A DNA stretch of 64,000 nt from an uncultured Alphaproteobacteria bacterium (GCA_944392275.1 CALXWA010000001.1:4737-68736); one strand, 5' to 3'; shown: positions 38,784 to 48,625, counted from the stretch's first letter. Notes: generated by a model not told the origin, from the letters alone. A program made the numbers and translations.

Positions 38784-40454
38784 ATGAAAAGTGAAGAATT
38801 AGACATTAATTTAGCCATTGGGGCTCATTTGTCAGCGGATATTAAAATCGGCAACCAAATTTTCCCCCGAGGGTATGCCCTGACCAAAGAAGATGTTTTG
38901 GTCTTTAAAATGCAGGGAATTACAAAAATTTATGTCTTCTGGATGGAAGATGGCGATATAGATTATCAAACAGCCCTCGGCATTGTTAGTGCCAAATTGT
39001 GCGGAAACAATACGGCTTATGCTCTTGATTCCAAGGGAACGTGCCAAATTATTTCAACGGTTAATGGTGTTTTTATTAATAGTGATGACCGCGTCGGAAA
39101 GTTTAATCGTCTGCATTCAGAAATTGTATTAAATACCATTGAACCCTATTCTCAGGTCAAAGAAGGTGATGTTATTGCCAGATTGGAAATGTCATTGCCC
39201 CTGATCCCCCAGAGTGAAATCGATGATTTGATTTTCAAGTTGTCCGGCAACTCTCGCATGTTGGAGGTTTCGCCGTTATCAGAAAAAAAAGTCTGTTTTA
39301 TCTATGCTCGAATGCAAAATATTTCTGCCGAAAATAAAAGGTTTACGGCACAAGTCAAACGTTTAGTTAAAGATTTTAAAGGACTCCAATTTAATTTTAA
39401 TAAAGAAATTGATGCACAATACAATGTTGAAGCCATCGCTGATGCTCTGGATACAGCCCTACGCTCGGACAGTGATGTCATATTTATTTTGAGCCCGCTG
39501 CGAGGAGCCGGAGGAAAAGATGTTATTCCAACGGCCGTGGCAAAAATTGTGGACAATATTGCTTGTCTCCGTATGCCGCAAATCGGGGGAAGCGATTTAT
39601 TGATAGCCGAAAAAAATAACAAACGGATTATTTTGCTGCCCTACGATTATGATAAATTGGACGACACGTTTATCAATCGCTGTATCAAACAAGCGGCCTA
39701 TGCCGATAAAATCAACAGTTTCGATTTTTCTCGCCACCAAATTCCGAATGTCATCGGTAATCCAACCTTGCCGGAGGAATGTCGTTCATCTTTAGTTATG
39801 GCCGGAAATAATACCTCCGATGGCTCTCAGGCCAATATTGCGGCTGTTGTTTTGGCCGCAGGTATTGGTAGTCGTAGTGGACGAGATAAGTTGTTATCAG
39901 AGATAGAAGAAGATGTTCCTCTATTCTTAAAAGCAGTAAAGGCGGCCATAGCCTCACAGGCGTCTCCGGTTTTTGTGATTACCGGTTATCGCAATGAGGA
40001 GCTGGAAGCCTATCTGGAAGATGTAGATGTCAACATCATTTATAATCCGGCATATCGATCGGGGATAAAAACATCAATTTCATTAGGGCTGAAGTCTGTC
40101 CCGGGCTTTTGTGAAGGAGCAATGCTTTTGCCGGCAGATATGCCAAACATTACGGCAGAAGATATCAATAAACTAATCAAAGTTTATAAGCGAGGGGAAG
40201 AAAAGCAAGTCTGCATGTTTACGCATAACGGCCAAAAAAGCAACCCGATCATTTGGAGTAGCTCTTTGTATGGTGTTGCTGATATTGTTCCCGAAAATGC
40301 AAATTTGCGTCCGGTTTTTGTAGAACATTCTGATTACAGCAAATATGTTGAAATTGCCGATGATGATAAATTTTTTGATGTAACTTATCCGGCCGATATT
40401 GAATTGTTACAGAAAAAAATGCAAGAAAGTTCAAACAAAAAAAAGAAGCTATAG
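38784..40454 (+). CDS. Two-domain protein: molybdopterin-binding (MoCF-biosynthesis-like) region fused to a MobA-like nucleotidyltransferase
   Basis: C-terminal AAVVLAAGIGSRSGRDKLL (MobA/MocA-type NTP-transferase P-loop) with ...LLPADMPNIT.... The middle region ...IGGSDLLIAEKNNKRIILLPYD... resembles the GG...PG.P...LPG.P signature of molybdopterin-binding domains. The N-terminal ~180 aa is unknown. Confidence 0.4.
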   Translation: MKSEELDINLAIGAHLSADIKIGNQIFPRGYALTKEDVLVFKMQGITKIYVFWMEDGDIDYQTALGIVSAKLCGNNTAYALDSKGTCQIISTVNGVFINSDDRVGKFNRLHSEIVLNTIEPYSQVKEGDVIARLEMSLPLIPQSEIDDLIFKLSGNSRMLEVSPLSEKKVCFIYARMQNISAENKRFTAQVKRLVKDFKGLQFNFNKEIDAQYNVEAIADALDTALRSDSDVIFILSPLRGAGGKDVIPTAVAKIVDNIACLRMPQIGGSDLLIAEKNNKRIILLPYDYDKLDDTFINRCIKQAAYADKINSFDFSRHQIPNVIGNPTLPEECRSSLVMAGNNTSDGSQANIAAVVLAAGIGSRSGRDKLLSEIEEDVPLFLKAVKAAIASQASPVFVITGYRNEELEAYLEDVDVNIIYNPAYRSGIKTSISLGLKSVPGFCEGAMLLPADMPNITAEDINKLIKVYKRGEEKQVCMFTHNGQKSNPIIWSSSLYGVADIVPENANLRPVFVEHSDYSKYVEIADDDKFFDVTYPADIELLQKKMQESSNKKKKL

Positions 40455-40476
40455 AAATCTATAGCTTCTTTTTTTT
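40443..40476. terminator. Bidirectional intrinsic terminator
   Basis: AGAAGCTATAG-AAAT-CTATAGCTTCT hairpin with an A-run before and a T-run after. Lies between convergent genes. Confidence 0.55.
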
Positions 40477-40969
40477 ATCGGATAAGAAACCTTATCAAGA
40501 ATAAAAAGATAACCATTCCTACGACAATTAAGCATAAGTTTTTCCACTGTGTCTTATCAAGAAAGACAGAAAGATAATTCTCAGCTACGATTTGGCTCGG
40601 GGTTAACTTTTTTGAGCTTACAAGACACCGATCATTATAAAGTTCATAAAGGTAAACCTTATCTCCGACCATAACCGGTTTGCCGGTCTGAAAGTCATTG
40701 ATGCTGTATACCGTAAAGATTCGTTTATCCATTTTTACTTTCCAAGGGTATAAAAATGTATAAACATCCGTGTCATGAAAAGCTTCTGTACTTGGAGTAA
40801 TAGAGCCAATTGTTCCATAGGTACATTGATAAGAGTTGAGTTCGACAGCATATGTTTGTTTAAATCGGACAGGATCATTAATCCGATTATAACAAATAGA
40901 AAGCCCGATAAAGACAATACCGCCAATCAGGAAGCAAAATAAAAATGCTAAAAATTTTTTAGTTTTCAT
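40475..40969 (-). CDS. Hypothetical membrane-anchored protein
   Basis: N-terminal and C-terminal hydrophobic helices. No motif. Confidence 0.35.
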   Translation of the reverse strand: MKTKKFLAFLFCFLIGGIVFIGLSICYNRINDPVRFKQTYAVELNSYQCTYGTIGSITPSTEAFHDTDVYTFLYPWKVKMDKRIFTVYSINDFQTGKPVMVGDKVYLYELYNDRCLVSSKKLTPSQIVAENYLSVFLDKTQWKNLCLIVVGMVIFLFLIRFLIR

Positions 40970-41042
40970 AATGATAGGAATTAAATAATTAAAATATTAA
41001 ATCAAGCAATATTTCTTTTTTTTAATTTTGTCAAGTTTTATC

Positions 41043-41076
41043 AAAAAAAAGACCGATAAGTTCGGTCTTTTTTTTT
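41043..41076. terminator. Intrinsic terminator downstream of ctrA
   Basis: AGACCGA-TAAGT-TCGGTCT hairpin flanked by A- and T-runs. Confidence 0.55.
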
Positions 41077-41093
41077 GATAAATAGAGTAAAAA

Positions 41094-41783
41094 TTATTTT
41101 TTTACTTCATCCGGATCGCGTAAAACATAACCACGTCCCCAAACGGTTTCAATATAATTTTTACCGCCGGAAGCTTTTTCAAGCTTTTTACGGAGTTTGC
41201 AAATAAACACGTCAATAATTTTTAGTTCCGGTTCATCAATCCCGCCATAAAGATGGTTGAGAAACTGGTCTTTATTAAGCGTAGAACCTTTTCGTAAAGA
41301 CAAAAGCTCCATAATGCCGTATTCTTTTCCGGTCAGGTGCAAAGTTTTGTTTTTAACGGAAACGGTTTGGTTATCCAGATTAACTTCAACATCTCCGGTC
41401 CGGATAATAGAATTGGAGTGTCCTTTTGAACGGCGTACAACAGCCTGAATACGAGCCAATAATTCAGCCTTGTCAAAAGGTTTTGTCAAATAATCATCAG
41501 CCCCATAGCCCAAACCTTTAACTTTCTTGTCGGGCTCACTCAAACCAGACAAAATAAGAACCGGAGTGTTAATTTTGGAAGCGCGAAGGTTTTTCAAAAC
41601 CTCATAACCATTCATATCCGGCAACATCAAATCCAAAATGATGATATCATAATCGTAGAGTTTACCAATCTCTAAGCCGTCTTCGCCCAAGTCGGTTGTA
41701 TCAACAATCATTCCTTCTTTTTTGAGCATCATCTCAATACTTTGAGAGATGGCATAGTCATCTTCAACGAGCAATACACGCAT
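41094..41783 (-). CDS. ctrA: Cell-cycle response regulator CtrA (OmpR family)
   Basis: Near-identical runs to Caulobacter CtrA as I recall it: [112 protein letters not shown]. Confidence 0.85.
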   Translation of the reverse strand: MRVLLVEDDYAISQSIEMMLKKEGMIVDTTDLGEDGLEIGKLYDYDIIILDLMLPDMNGYEVLKNLRASKINTPVLILSGLSEPDKKVKGLGYGADDYLTKPFDKAELLARIQAVVRRSKGHSNSIIRTGDVEVNLDNQTVSVKNKTLHLTGKEYGIMELLSLRKGSTLNKDQFLNHLYGGIDEPELKIIDVFICKLRKKLEKASGGKNYIETVWGRGYVLRDPDEVKK

Positions 41784-41978
41784 TGTGAACTTCCCCCTTC
41801 AAATTAAATATAAGCTCATCTTAAACCCTAAAAATTAATTTGTTAACTTTTTTGATAGGGTTGTTAATAATTATTAACAAAAAAAGAATATTATTGTTAA
41901 TAAAAATAAAAAGGGCTGAAATTTTATCCAAGGAAGGTATATTAATAAAAGATTTGCAAAAAAAAGTAAGGATAATTC

Positions 41979-43319
41979 GTGACGGAAATACTGCCAAACA
42001 TATTACATGATATCAACAATCTGGAAACGGCCCAATATTACGGAAGTGTTATTGGCGTTCAGGGTTTGTTTGTGGAAGTTGGCGGAATTCGTCATCAATT
42101 ATCCATCGGAGACCGATGCAACGTTCATACCAACAGCGGAAAAATCGTTCCCTGTGAGATTGTCGGTTTTAATAATGATCGCTTAATGTTAATGCCCTAC
42201 GCCTCAATGGATGGGATCGGAAGGGGGTGTCGGGTTGATGTTGAAAATGCCAAACCGGTTATCTATCCGCATCCTTCATGGTTAGGGCGTACGATTAATG
42301 CATTTGGAGAGCCGATTGACGGTAAGGGGCCGTTATTAAAAGGTGCGATTCCGTATTTAATCAAAAATTCACCGCCGCCGGCTCAATTTCGGGATCGTGT
42401 GAAGGGCAAGGTTGATTTAGGTGTCAAAGCGGTTAATACGTTTTTGACCATATGTAAAGGTCAGCGTATGGGGATTTTTGCCGGTTCCGGTGTCGGCAAA
42501 TCGACCTTAATGTCCATGATGGCCAGACATACCAACTCGGATATTTCCGTAATCGGTTTGATTGGAGAACGCGGGCGAGAAGCAAAAGAATTCGTGGAAG
42601 ACGTTTTAGGAAAAGAAGGTCTGGAAAAATCAATTTTAGTCTTGGCAACCTCCGATGAAAGTCCGTTGATGCGTCGCCAAGCGGCTTATACCACCATGGC
42701 GGTTGCCGAATATTTTCGGGATCAGAAAAAAGATGTTTTATGCATGATGGATTCAATTACCCGCTTTGCAATGGCTCAAAGAGAAATCTCTTTATCGGTA
42801 GGAGAGCCTCCGGCTTCAAAAGGCTATACGCCGAGCGTTTTTGCCGAGCTGCCAAAATTATTGGAAAGAGCCGGCCCCGGAGCCGGAACCGGAACAATTA
42901 CCGGTTTGTTTACGGTTTTGGTAGATGGAGATGATCATAATGAACCAGTTGCCGATGCCGTTCGCTCAATTTTAGACGGACACATTGTTTTGGATCGAGC
43001 AATAGCCGAACGCAATCGTTATCCGGCAATCAATATTTTGCGTTCCATTTCTCGTACGATGCCCGATTGTGACACTAAAGAAGAATTTGCCTTGGTCTCC
43101 AAAGCCCGAAAATACATATCAACGTATGAAGACATGGCGGAATTAATCCGTTTAGGGGCTTATAAAAAAGGCTCTAACCGTGAGGTAGATGAAGCAATTT
43201 TCTATTATCCGAAGATTGAAGAATTTTTATCCCAAGGCAAACAAGAAAAATTTTCTCTGGCCGAATGTTATGAAATGCTCGGCAAAATTTTAGCTACTCC
43301 CTATGTTCCGGAAAACTAA
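41979..43319 (+). CDS. fliI: Flagellum-specific ATPase FliI (T3SS-type export ATPase)
   Basis: Walker A GIFAGSGVGKSTLMSMMAR. F1/T3SS ATPase core. Followed by a fliJ-like gene. Confidence 0.75.
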   Translation: MTEILPNILHDINNLETAQYYGSVIGVQGLFVEVGGIRHQLSIGDRCNVHTNSGKIVPCEIVGFNNDRLMLMPYASMDGIGRGCRVDVENAKPVIYPHPSWLGRTINAFGEPIDGKGPLLKGAIPYLIKNSPPPAQFRDRVKGKVDLGVKAVNTFLTICKGQRMGIFAGSGVGKSTLMSMMARHTNSDISVIGLIGERGREAKEFVEDVLGKEGLEKSILVLATSDESPLMRRQAAYTTMAVAEYFRDQKKDVLCMMDSITRFAMAQREISLSVGEPPASKGYTPSVFAELPKLLERAGPGAGTGTITGLFTVLVDGDDHNEPVADAVRSILDGHIVLDRAIAERNRYPAINILRSISRTMPDCDTKEEFALVSKARKYISTYEDMAELIRLGAYKKGSNREVDEAIFYYPKIEEFLSQGKQEKFSLAECYEMLGKILATPYVPEN

Positions 43320-43331
43320 AGGACATGAGAA

Positions 43332-43751
43332 ATGAAAGATTCTCTCCAAACACTCAGCCGGATTGAAAAATTTAAGATTGATGAGCAAAGAAAGCTCCTG
43401 ACAGAACAGCTGGAGCGGGAAGAAAAACTGCAAAAAGACCTAAAAATGTTGGAAACTCGCTATCAACAAGAAAAAGAGTTTCAAGCCCAAAATGAAGGAA
43501 TAGGGGATTTTGGGGCATATGTTAAAAGATATCTGGAAATCCGAACGGATTTGCAAGATAAAATTGCCGCCGTGCAAAAAAAAATAGAAGAAATCCGCGA
43601 TATTATTGCCGATATGTTCCGTTCGCAAAAAACATATGAGATTGTAGAAGCCAACCGGAAAAGAAAAGCTCAAAAAGAACAGGACGACAAAGAGCAAAAG
43701 ATGCTTGATGAAATCGGAACCAATACTTATATTAAAAACAAACAAAAATAA
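43332..43751 (+). CDS. fliJ: Flagellar export protein FliJ-like coiled-coil protein
   Basis: 139-aa all-helical coiled coil immediately downstream of fliI. Assigned on position and composition. Confidence 0.45.
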   Translation: MKDSLQTLSRIEKFKIDEQRKLLTEQLEREEKLQKDLKMLETRYQQEKEFQAQNEGIGDFGAYVKRYLEIRTDLQDKIAAVQKKIEEIRDIIADMFRSQKTYEIVEANRKRKAQKEQDDKEQKMLDEIGTNTYIKNKQK

Positions 43752-43768
43752 TTTTATAAGGAGAGACC

Positions 43769-44350
43769 ATGTTTAAAATGAAAGAGCTTCCTTACGGAGC
43801 CAATGCCTTAGAGCCCTATATTAACGCCGGAACCATAGAATTCCATTATGGCAAACACTATAAAACCTATGTTGACAATCTGAACAAGTTGATTGCAGGG
43901 ACAGAGTTTGAACATATGTCCTTAGAAGAGATTATCAAGAAAACGCATTCTCATCCGCAATATCAGGGCATTTTTAACAACGCCGGACAAGCCTGGAATC
44001 ATGAATTTTATTGGCAATCCATGAGCCCAAACGGTGGCGGACATCCCACAGGCGAACTAAAATCAAGAATTGAAAAAGATTTTGGTTCTTATGAAAAATT
44101 CCGCGAAGCATTCAAAAATGCGGCTGTTAGCCAGTTTGGCAGCGGTTGGGCGTGGCTGGTAGACAATAACGGAAAGCTTGAAGTTATCAAAACATCAAAC
44201 GCCGATACGCCGATAGCCCTAGGACTAAAACCATTATTGACGATAGATGTATGGGAGCATGCCTATTACCTGGATTATCAAAACCGCCGTGCCGATTATG
44301 TCGATAGTTTTTTGGATCATTTGGCAAATTGGGACTTTGCTGCCAAATAA
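43769..44350 (+). CDS. sodB: Fe/Mn superoxide dismutase
   Basis: LPYGANALEPYI..IEFHYGKHYKTYV, WNHEFYW, DVWEHAYYLDYQNRR. Confidence 0.85.
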   Translation: MFKMKELPYGANALEPYINAGTIEFHYGKHYKTYVDNLNKLIAGTEFEHMSLEEIIKKTHSHPQYQGIFNNAGQAWNHEFYWQSMSPNGGGHPTGELKSRIEKDFGSYEKFREAFKNAAVSQFGSGWAWLVDNNGKLEVIKTSNADTPIALGLKPLLTIDVWEHAYYLDYQNRRADYVDSFLDHLANWDFAAK

Positions 44351-44353
44351 AAA

Positions 44354-44392
44354 AACAAGAACTCCGTTTTCAAACGGAGTTCTTGTTTTTTT
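44354..44392 (+). terminator. Intrinsic terminator after sodB
   Basis: AACAAGAACTCCGTTT-TCA-AACGGAGTTCTTGTT 16-bp stem followed by a T-run. Confidence 0.7.
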
Positions 44393-44521
44393 AACGAAGG
44401 TTTAAGCTGTTTGGTATTATTATCAAAATAATTAGCAAGCGTTGTGCTTTTATATTGACTAATTTTGTCTAAAATGGTATGGTTAATTAAAAGAACAACA
44501 AAATAAGAAAGGCTCAAAGAA

Positions 44522-45088
44522 ATGACAAAAATGTATCCAAGCGGTGAAAATTGTGCAAATAGAACCGTTGATGAAAGCTTAAAGAAAGGTTGGGAAAAAG
44601 TCGAGCAAAAGGTTGGACGAGTAGTTGCATCCGCCGGCTTAACTGCAGGTGGATTAAAAGTTACGGAGCTTGGGTTTCGTTTAAATGAAAGTATGGTCAA
44701 TTTAGGCAATCATGCGGCCGATGTTGCAGACAAAGTTTTGGGAGGAGCCGGTGCTATCACAGGGCTTGGAATAAGCGGTGTCGGAGTAGCCATGACCGGA
44801 GCCGGAGTTTATCTGGGATATCGTTTAGCCAAAGACCATCGTTTGAAAGAAAAGTTTGTTAAAGCCTATAAGAACTCATCGACAAAAATTAAGACAAAGG
44901 TAACTCCTTTTGTTGCTAAAGCCAAAAAGACAATTGAAGAGTATCGAGAAGGTGTGGATATTACGGATGCCAAAGGGCGTTATACGGCAACATATGTCGG
45001 AAACGGAAAATATGTTGAACAACCGCTCAAAAAATTAAATAGTAATATAAAACAAATGTGGCAAAAATTGAAAGGGAATGTTCGTTAA
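44522..45088 (+). CDS. Hypothetical protein with a glycine-zipper membrane segment
   Basis: GGAGAITGLGISGVGVAMTGAGVYLG glycine-zipper helix. Translationally coupled to the next ORF (TAA then ATG, 0-nt gap). Confidence 0.4.
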   Translation: MTKMYPSGENCANRTVDESLKKGWEKVEQKVGRVVASAGLTAGGLKVTELGFRLNESMVNLGNHAADVADKVLGGAGAITGLGISGVGVAMTGAGVYLGYRLAKDHRLKEKFVKAYKNSSTKIKTKVTPFVAKAKKTIEEYREGVDITDAKGRYTATYVGNGKYVEQPLKKLNSNIKQMWQKLKGNVR

Positions 45089-45439
45089 ATGAGCGAATAC
45101 ACAACCGAGAAAAGTTTTATGATTGCGGAAGGTGAGGCTGGAGAAATTTATTTTTATCTCAAGGCTAAAAAAGATCACCCGACCACACCGCGTATAATAT
45201 ACGATGGCAAAGAGCATGCCATCTTTTTACGCAATAAGGATCAAAAGATTATTCTGGATTATATCAATCCGGAAGTTCGGGATAAGCTCCGCAAAAGCAA
45301 AGAGGTCATAATAGTTGAAACCATATTGGAAAATATCAAAGAGTGTTACATTGCCGACATGCAAATGGTAGACAATATTCCGCTAGACTGGTCCAAAATT
45401 GGTTTGTCAACGTGGGAAAAAGTTGCCCTTGGAAAATAA
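45089..45439 (+). CDS. Small hypothetical protein (paralog of 23031..23339)
   Basis: Shares EAGEI...P..PRIIYDGKEHAIFLR with the 23031 ORF. Confidence 0.4.
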   Translation: MSEYTTEKSFMIAEGEAGEIYFYLKAKKDHPTTPRIIYDGKEHAIFLRNKDQKIILDYINPEVRDKLRKSKEVIIVETILENIKECYIADMQMVDNIPLDWSKIGLSTWEKVALGK

Positions 45440-45602
45440 AAAAAAGAATGAAAATACTGTTTTTACTTTATGGTAAAAACAGTATTTTTTTGTCAAAAAA
45501 TGAAGTGGCAAAAAATAATTTATAAAAAATTTGACATCCTTTAAAATGTTACTATAATAAGTTTTCAAAAGAAATTATTGTTTAATCTAAATTTGTATAA
45601 TT

Positions 45603-46403
45603 ATGAATAAATTTGATTTTTTAGCGAAAGTTGACAGAAAAATTGCGGTTAAAAAACAGAGGGTAGCCGTAATTCTTGGTGAAAAAGGAAGTTTTACAAT
45701 ATGTAACGGCATCCTTCCCGGAGATTATCTGTTGTCAGATGGTTCCTGTTCTGCTTCTGTAGATCAAGGGGTTATAGGTATATTTGTTTCAAAAGACAAA
45801 TACATTCCCCTGTCATCGCTTACCTCAAAAGAGGCTTGTCCAATCAGTACCGACAACCTCCCGTCACAACAAGAGCTGGAAGATATCCAAGAGAAGAAGG
45901 AAATCATCAATAATAGTCTCTCAGCAATGGGGGCTGAAGATGTTCTTCTGCCAGAAGATGTTGTCGGAAGTTTTTTGTGTCGGGAAGATATTGGGGCAAA
46001 AGCACAGCAGAAAAACAGAACCTTAGCAATCAAAAAATATGATTCCTCAGGTCAACGTGATTTTCCGGAGGTTTGGGGTGGAATCTTAAGCGGAGATCCT
46101 AATGTTCCGCAAAACATTGACTTGCTTCTGATACACCAATTCTGCAAAGATCCGTTATGGTTGTTGCAAAAGATTACCGAGAACTGGTATTATGTGTTAG
46201 ATACCCGTCTAACCAGTAACCTCTTGCTCAACAACAAGTTTTATAACGGTCGTATTTATGAAAGTCAAGAGTGCTTGATTGTTGAAAATCCTTATGCGGA
46301 AGCCGGCAACGGAGAGGTATATACCTATTCAGTTGCATATGCTAAAGATGCACAGGGGCTCTACCGAAAGATTGATGCTTGGAACGGAAAGATCCCTGCT
46401 TAA
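45603..46403 (+). CDS. Hypothetical protein
   Basis: 266-aa ORF with no recognisable motif. Lies directly upstream of the acyl carrier protein gene. Confidence 0.35.
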   Translation: MNKFDFLAKVDRKIAVKKQRVAVILGEKGSFTICNGILPGDYLLSDGSCSASVDQGVIGIFVSKDKYIPLSSLTSKEACPISTDNLPSQQELEDIQEKKEIINNSLSAMGAEDVLLPEDVVGSFLCREDIGAKAQQKNRTLAIKKYDSSGQRDFPEVWGGILSGDPNVPQNIDLLLIHQFCKDPLWLLQKITENWYYVLDTRLTSNLLLNNKFYNGRIYESQECLIVENPYAEAGNGEVYTYSVAYAKDAQGLYRKIDAWNGKIPA

Positions 46404-46427
46404 ACCAGAAACGTAAACTCAAAGGAT

Positions 46428-46667
46428 ATGAAACAAAAAAAGTTATTAAAGCAGGTTGCAGAGTATTTTGCTAAAAAGTGTCATGTCCCGGCAGAACAAA
46501 TAAAATTTAATACGAATTTAAAAGACGATTTAGATTTAGACAGCCTGGACAAGTATGAAGTAGTCTATGATTTGGAGAATCAATACAAAATCCAAATTAC
46601 GGAAGAAGAGCAAGACAAAATGATAACCATTGAAGATGTTATCAATTGTCTCAACTCAAAACTCTAA
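46428..46667 (+). CDS. Acyl carrier protein (orphan)
   Basis: ACP helix II motif LKDDLDLDSLDKYEVVYDLE with the phosphopantetheine-attachment Ser in DSL. 79 aa. Confidence 0.6.
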   Translation: MKQKKLLKQVAEYFAKKCHVPAEQIKFNTNLKDDLDLDSLDKYEVVYDLENQYKIQITEEEQDKMITIEDVINCLNSKL

Positions 46668-46706
46668 GAAAAAAAACAACGACTTTAAAAAGTCGTTGTT
46701 TTTTTT
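46667..46706. terminator. Bidirectional intrinsic terminator
   Basis: AACAACGACT-TTAAAA-AGTCGTTGTT hairpin with flanking A- and T-runs, between convergent genes. Confidence 0.6.
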
Positions 46707-46708
46707 CT

Positions 46709-47257
46709 TTATCTCAAACGATGTTCCCAAAGCTCATCAAAAAGCTTGCTCCCGGATTTATCCATCCACTCAAACAAAACCATTTCTCTTGAGACAACAT
46801 CAATCCCATGTTGTATAAGCCGCTGAATCCCCAATGAGTTCTGATAACTGCTACGGGAAGAACAGCTGTCAGCTACAACAAACACCTCATATCCAGCATC
46901 ATGAAAATCAATAGCAGTTTGCAAAACGCACAAATGAGTTTCCAACCCGGCAATAACAAGTTGTTTTTTGCCGATTTTCTTTACGGCATCGCGGATTTTT
47001 TTATTTTTATAACAAGAAAAAGTATCTTTCTCATAATAGCAGGTATCTTTTTTCAAAACCTTACGCAAATCAATCATGGTTGAGCCAAAGACTTTGTGAT
47101 CTTGCTCGGCAATAATATACGGAATATTAAGTTCTCCGGCAACTTCCAACAAGGTAGAACAACCGTTTATCACACCGCGAGGGCTTTCTTGTACTGGGGT
47201 TAAATTTTCCTGAACATCAATAATCAAAAGAAGGGAATCTTTTTTATTTATGAGCAT
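46709..47257 (-). CDS. Isochorismatase-family cysteine hydrolase
   Basis: LLLIIDVQENL..., C-terminal catalytic-Cys region VVADSCSSRS. 182 aa. Confidence 0.65.
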   Translation of the reverse strand: MLINKKDSLLLIIDVQENLTPVQESPRGVINGCSTLLEVAGELNIPYIIAEQDHKVFGSTMIDLRKVLKKDTCYYEKDTFSCYKNKKIRDAVKKIGKKQLVIAGLETHLCVLQTAIDFHDAGYEVFVVADSCSSRSSYQNSLGIQRLIQHGIDVVSREMVLFEWMDKSGSKLFDELWEHRLR

Positions 47258-47423
47258 GGCCGCCTCCGTAAAATAAGAATAGATAAAAATAGGCTAAAAC
47301 CAAAATCTAAAAACAATATTAAAAAAATCAAAAATTTCATAAAATTTTTTATAAGGAGATTATTTCGCAACAGAAATCTTAAAAAAAGTCCGACAACTGT
47401 ATAAAACAGATGTCGGACCATTT

Positions 47424-47813
47424 TTAGCTGAAGAGTGCCTCGACGGCCTCATCAAAGTTCATAGGGTTAGGATTGTATCCCTTATACCAAGAACTTTTCT
47501 TTTCCCAGATATAAAGTTCTCGAGCATTTTCAGCTAAAGAACAATATTCAGAAGGATAAACCTCGCCGCCAAAAGCTTCTTGTAAAGCCTCAGCATGTTC
47601 TTTGCTACCTGCAAAGTACTGTCCGTCTAAGGATAAAAGCTCAAACTCTAATCCATAACGTTGCCCTAAGTGGTAAACAACATCACGAAGAACACATGCT
47701 CCCCCATAAAGAGAGAAAAAGACCTTTCCAATGTTTTTTACAAAACCATCAGGATTAACAGAAGATAACAGTTCTTTACGAATAGCATCGATTTTTTGTT
47801 TTTTTGTTTCCAT
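47424..47813 (-). CDS. Hypothetical protein
   Basis: 129-aa ORF with no recognisable motif. Confidence 0.35.
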   Translation of the reverse strand: METKKQKIDAIRKELLSSVNPDGFVKNIGKVFFSLYGGACVLRDVVYHLGQRYGLEFELLSLDGQYFAGSKEHAEALQEAFGGEVYPSEYCSLAENARELYIWEKKSSWYKGYNPNPMNFDEAVEALFS

Positions 47814-48039
47814 TTTTTTATGTTTTTATATGATTAATACTCCGTTTACTTCCAAATTTTATCAAGAAGGATATTTTCAAAGTAAAGGTAAAAACCATAA
47901 ACAAATGAAAACATGCATAAAATCTCTATAATAATTTGGAATACAACTTAATTATATCACAAAAAAAGCGATGAAGCAATGTTTTCTAAAAAACTTAAAT
48001 TGTTGAAAAACTCCAACTTCAGAAACAAAAAACAGCCGC

Positions 48040-48312
48040 TTAATTAACGGCTGTCTTGACGTAAGAGATATTTTTACGAACATTCATCGCATTAATTTCC
48101 TCGGAATTTCCGCGTTTAATTAAAGCCATTTCTGCTTCTTGATAAAGCAAATACTTATCAAGATAAGCCATAATTTCCTCATGGTGTCCTCGTTTAATTA
48201 AAGCCATTTCCGCTTCGGTATTAAGCAAATACTTATTAATATAAGCCATAATTTCTTCGTGGTTTCCACGAAGAATCATATCCATTTCTTGATTTGATCC
48301 TATTTTTTCCAT
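48040..48312 (-). CDS. Small protein made of three ~24-aa tandem repeats
   Basis: (E)AEMALIKRG(H/N)(H/S)EEI(M/N)AY(L/I)(D/N)KYLL repeated three times; the repeats are also visible in the DNA. Confidence 0.35.
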   Translation of the reverse strand: MEKIGSNQEMDMILRGNHEEIMAYINKYLLNTEAEMALIKRGHHEEIMAYLDKYLLYQEAEMALIKRGNSEEINAMNVRKNISYVKTAVN

Positions 48313-48482
48313 AATAATTAAATATTTAAATAATAAAATTTCCTAAAATAATTAAAATCAAAAGCAATTATAGCATAAAAATCTAAAATCACAACGCTTT
48401 TGTATAAATTGGACAAAAATTGTTATTCCTCAAATTCTTTGACAGAAGTCGGACCATTTTTTTTAGAGTTGTATTGGCACGA

Positions 48483-48625
48483 AAAAAAAGACCACCTTTT
48501 TGCACAAAGGTGGTCGGAGAGTTCGTAAATCACATTTCGCAAAATGATTCTCTTAGTCTTTAAAATCAAAAGATTTCTATTGTATACACTAAAAGCTCCC
48601 CGACCATAATCAGGGATATATTTAT
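48483..48625 (-). ncRNA. Candidate small RNA, copy A (conserved 5' block, variable middle, terminator hairpin)
   Basis: Minus-strand reading: GATTATGGTCGGGGAGCTTTT, then ~58 variable nt, then TGATTTACGAACTCTCCGACCACCTTTGTGCAAAAAGGTGGTC plus a T-run. A second copy lies at 51806..51940. Confidence 0.35.

Noticed and set aside
41784-41978. CtrA-binding boxes between ctrA and fliI
   Set aside because: I saw only TTAA-N6-TTAA and TTAA-N4-TTAA arrangements, not the canonical TTAA-N7-TTAA. In a very AT-rich intergenic region these are expected by chance.
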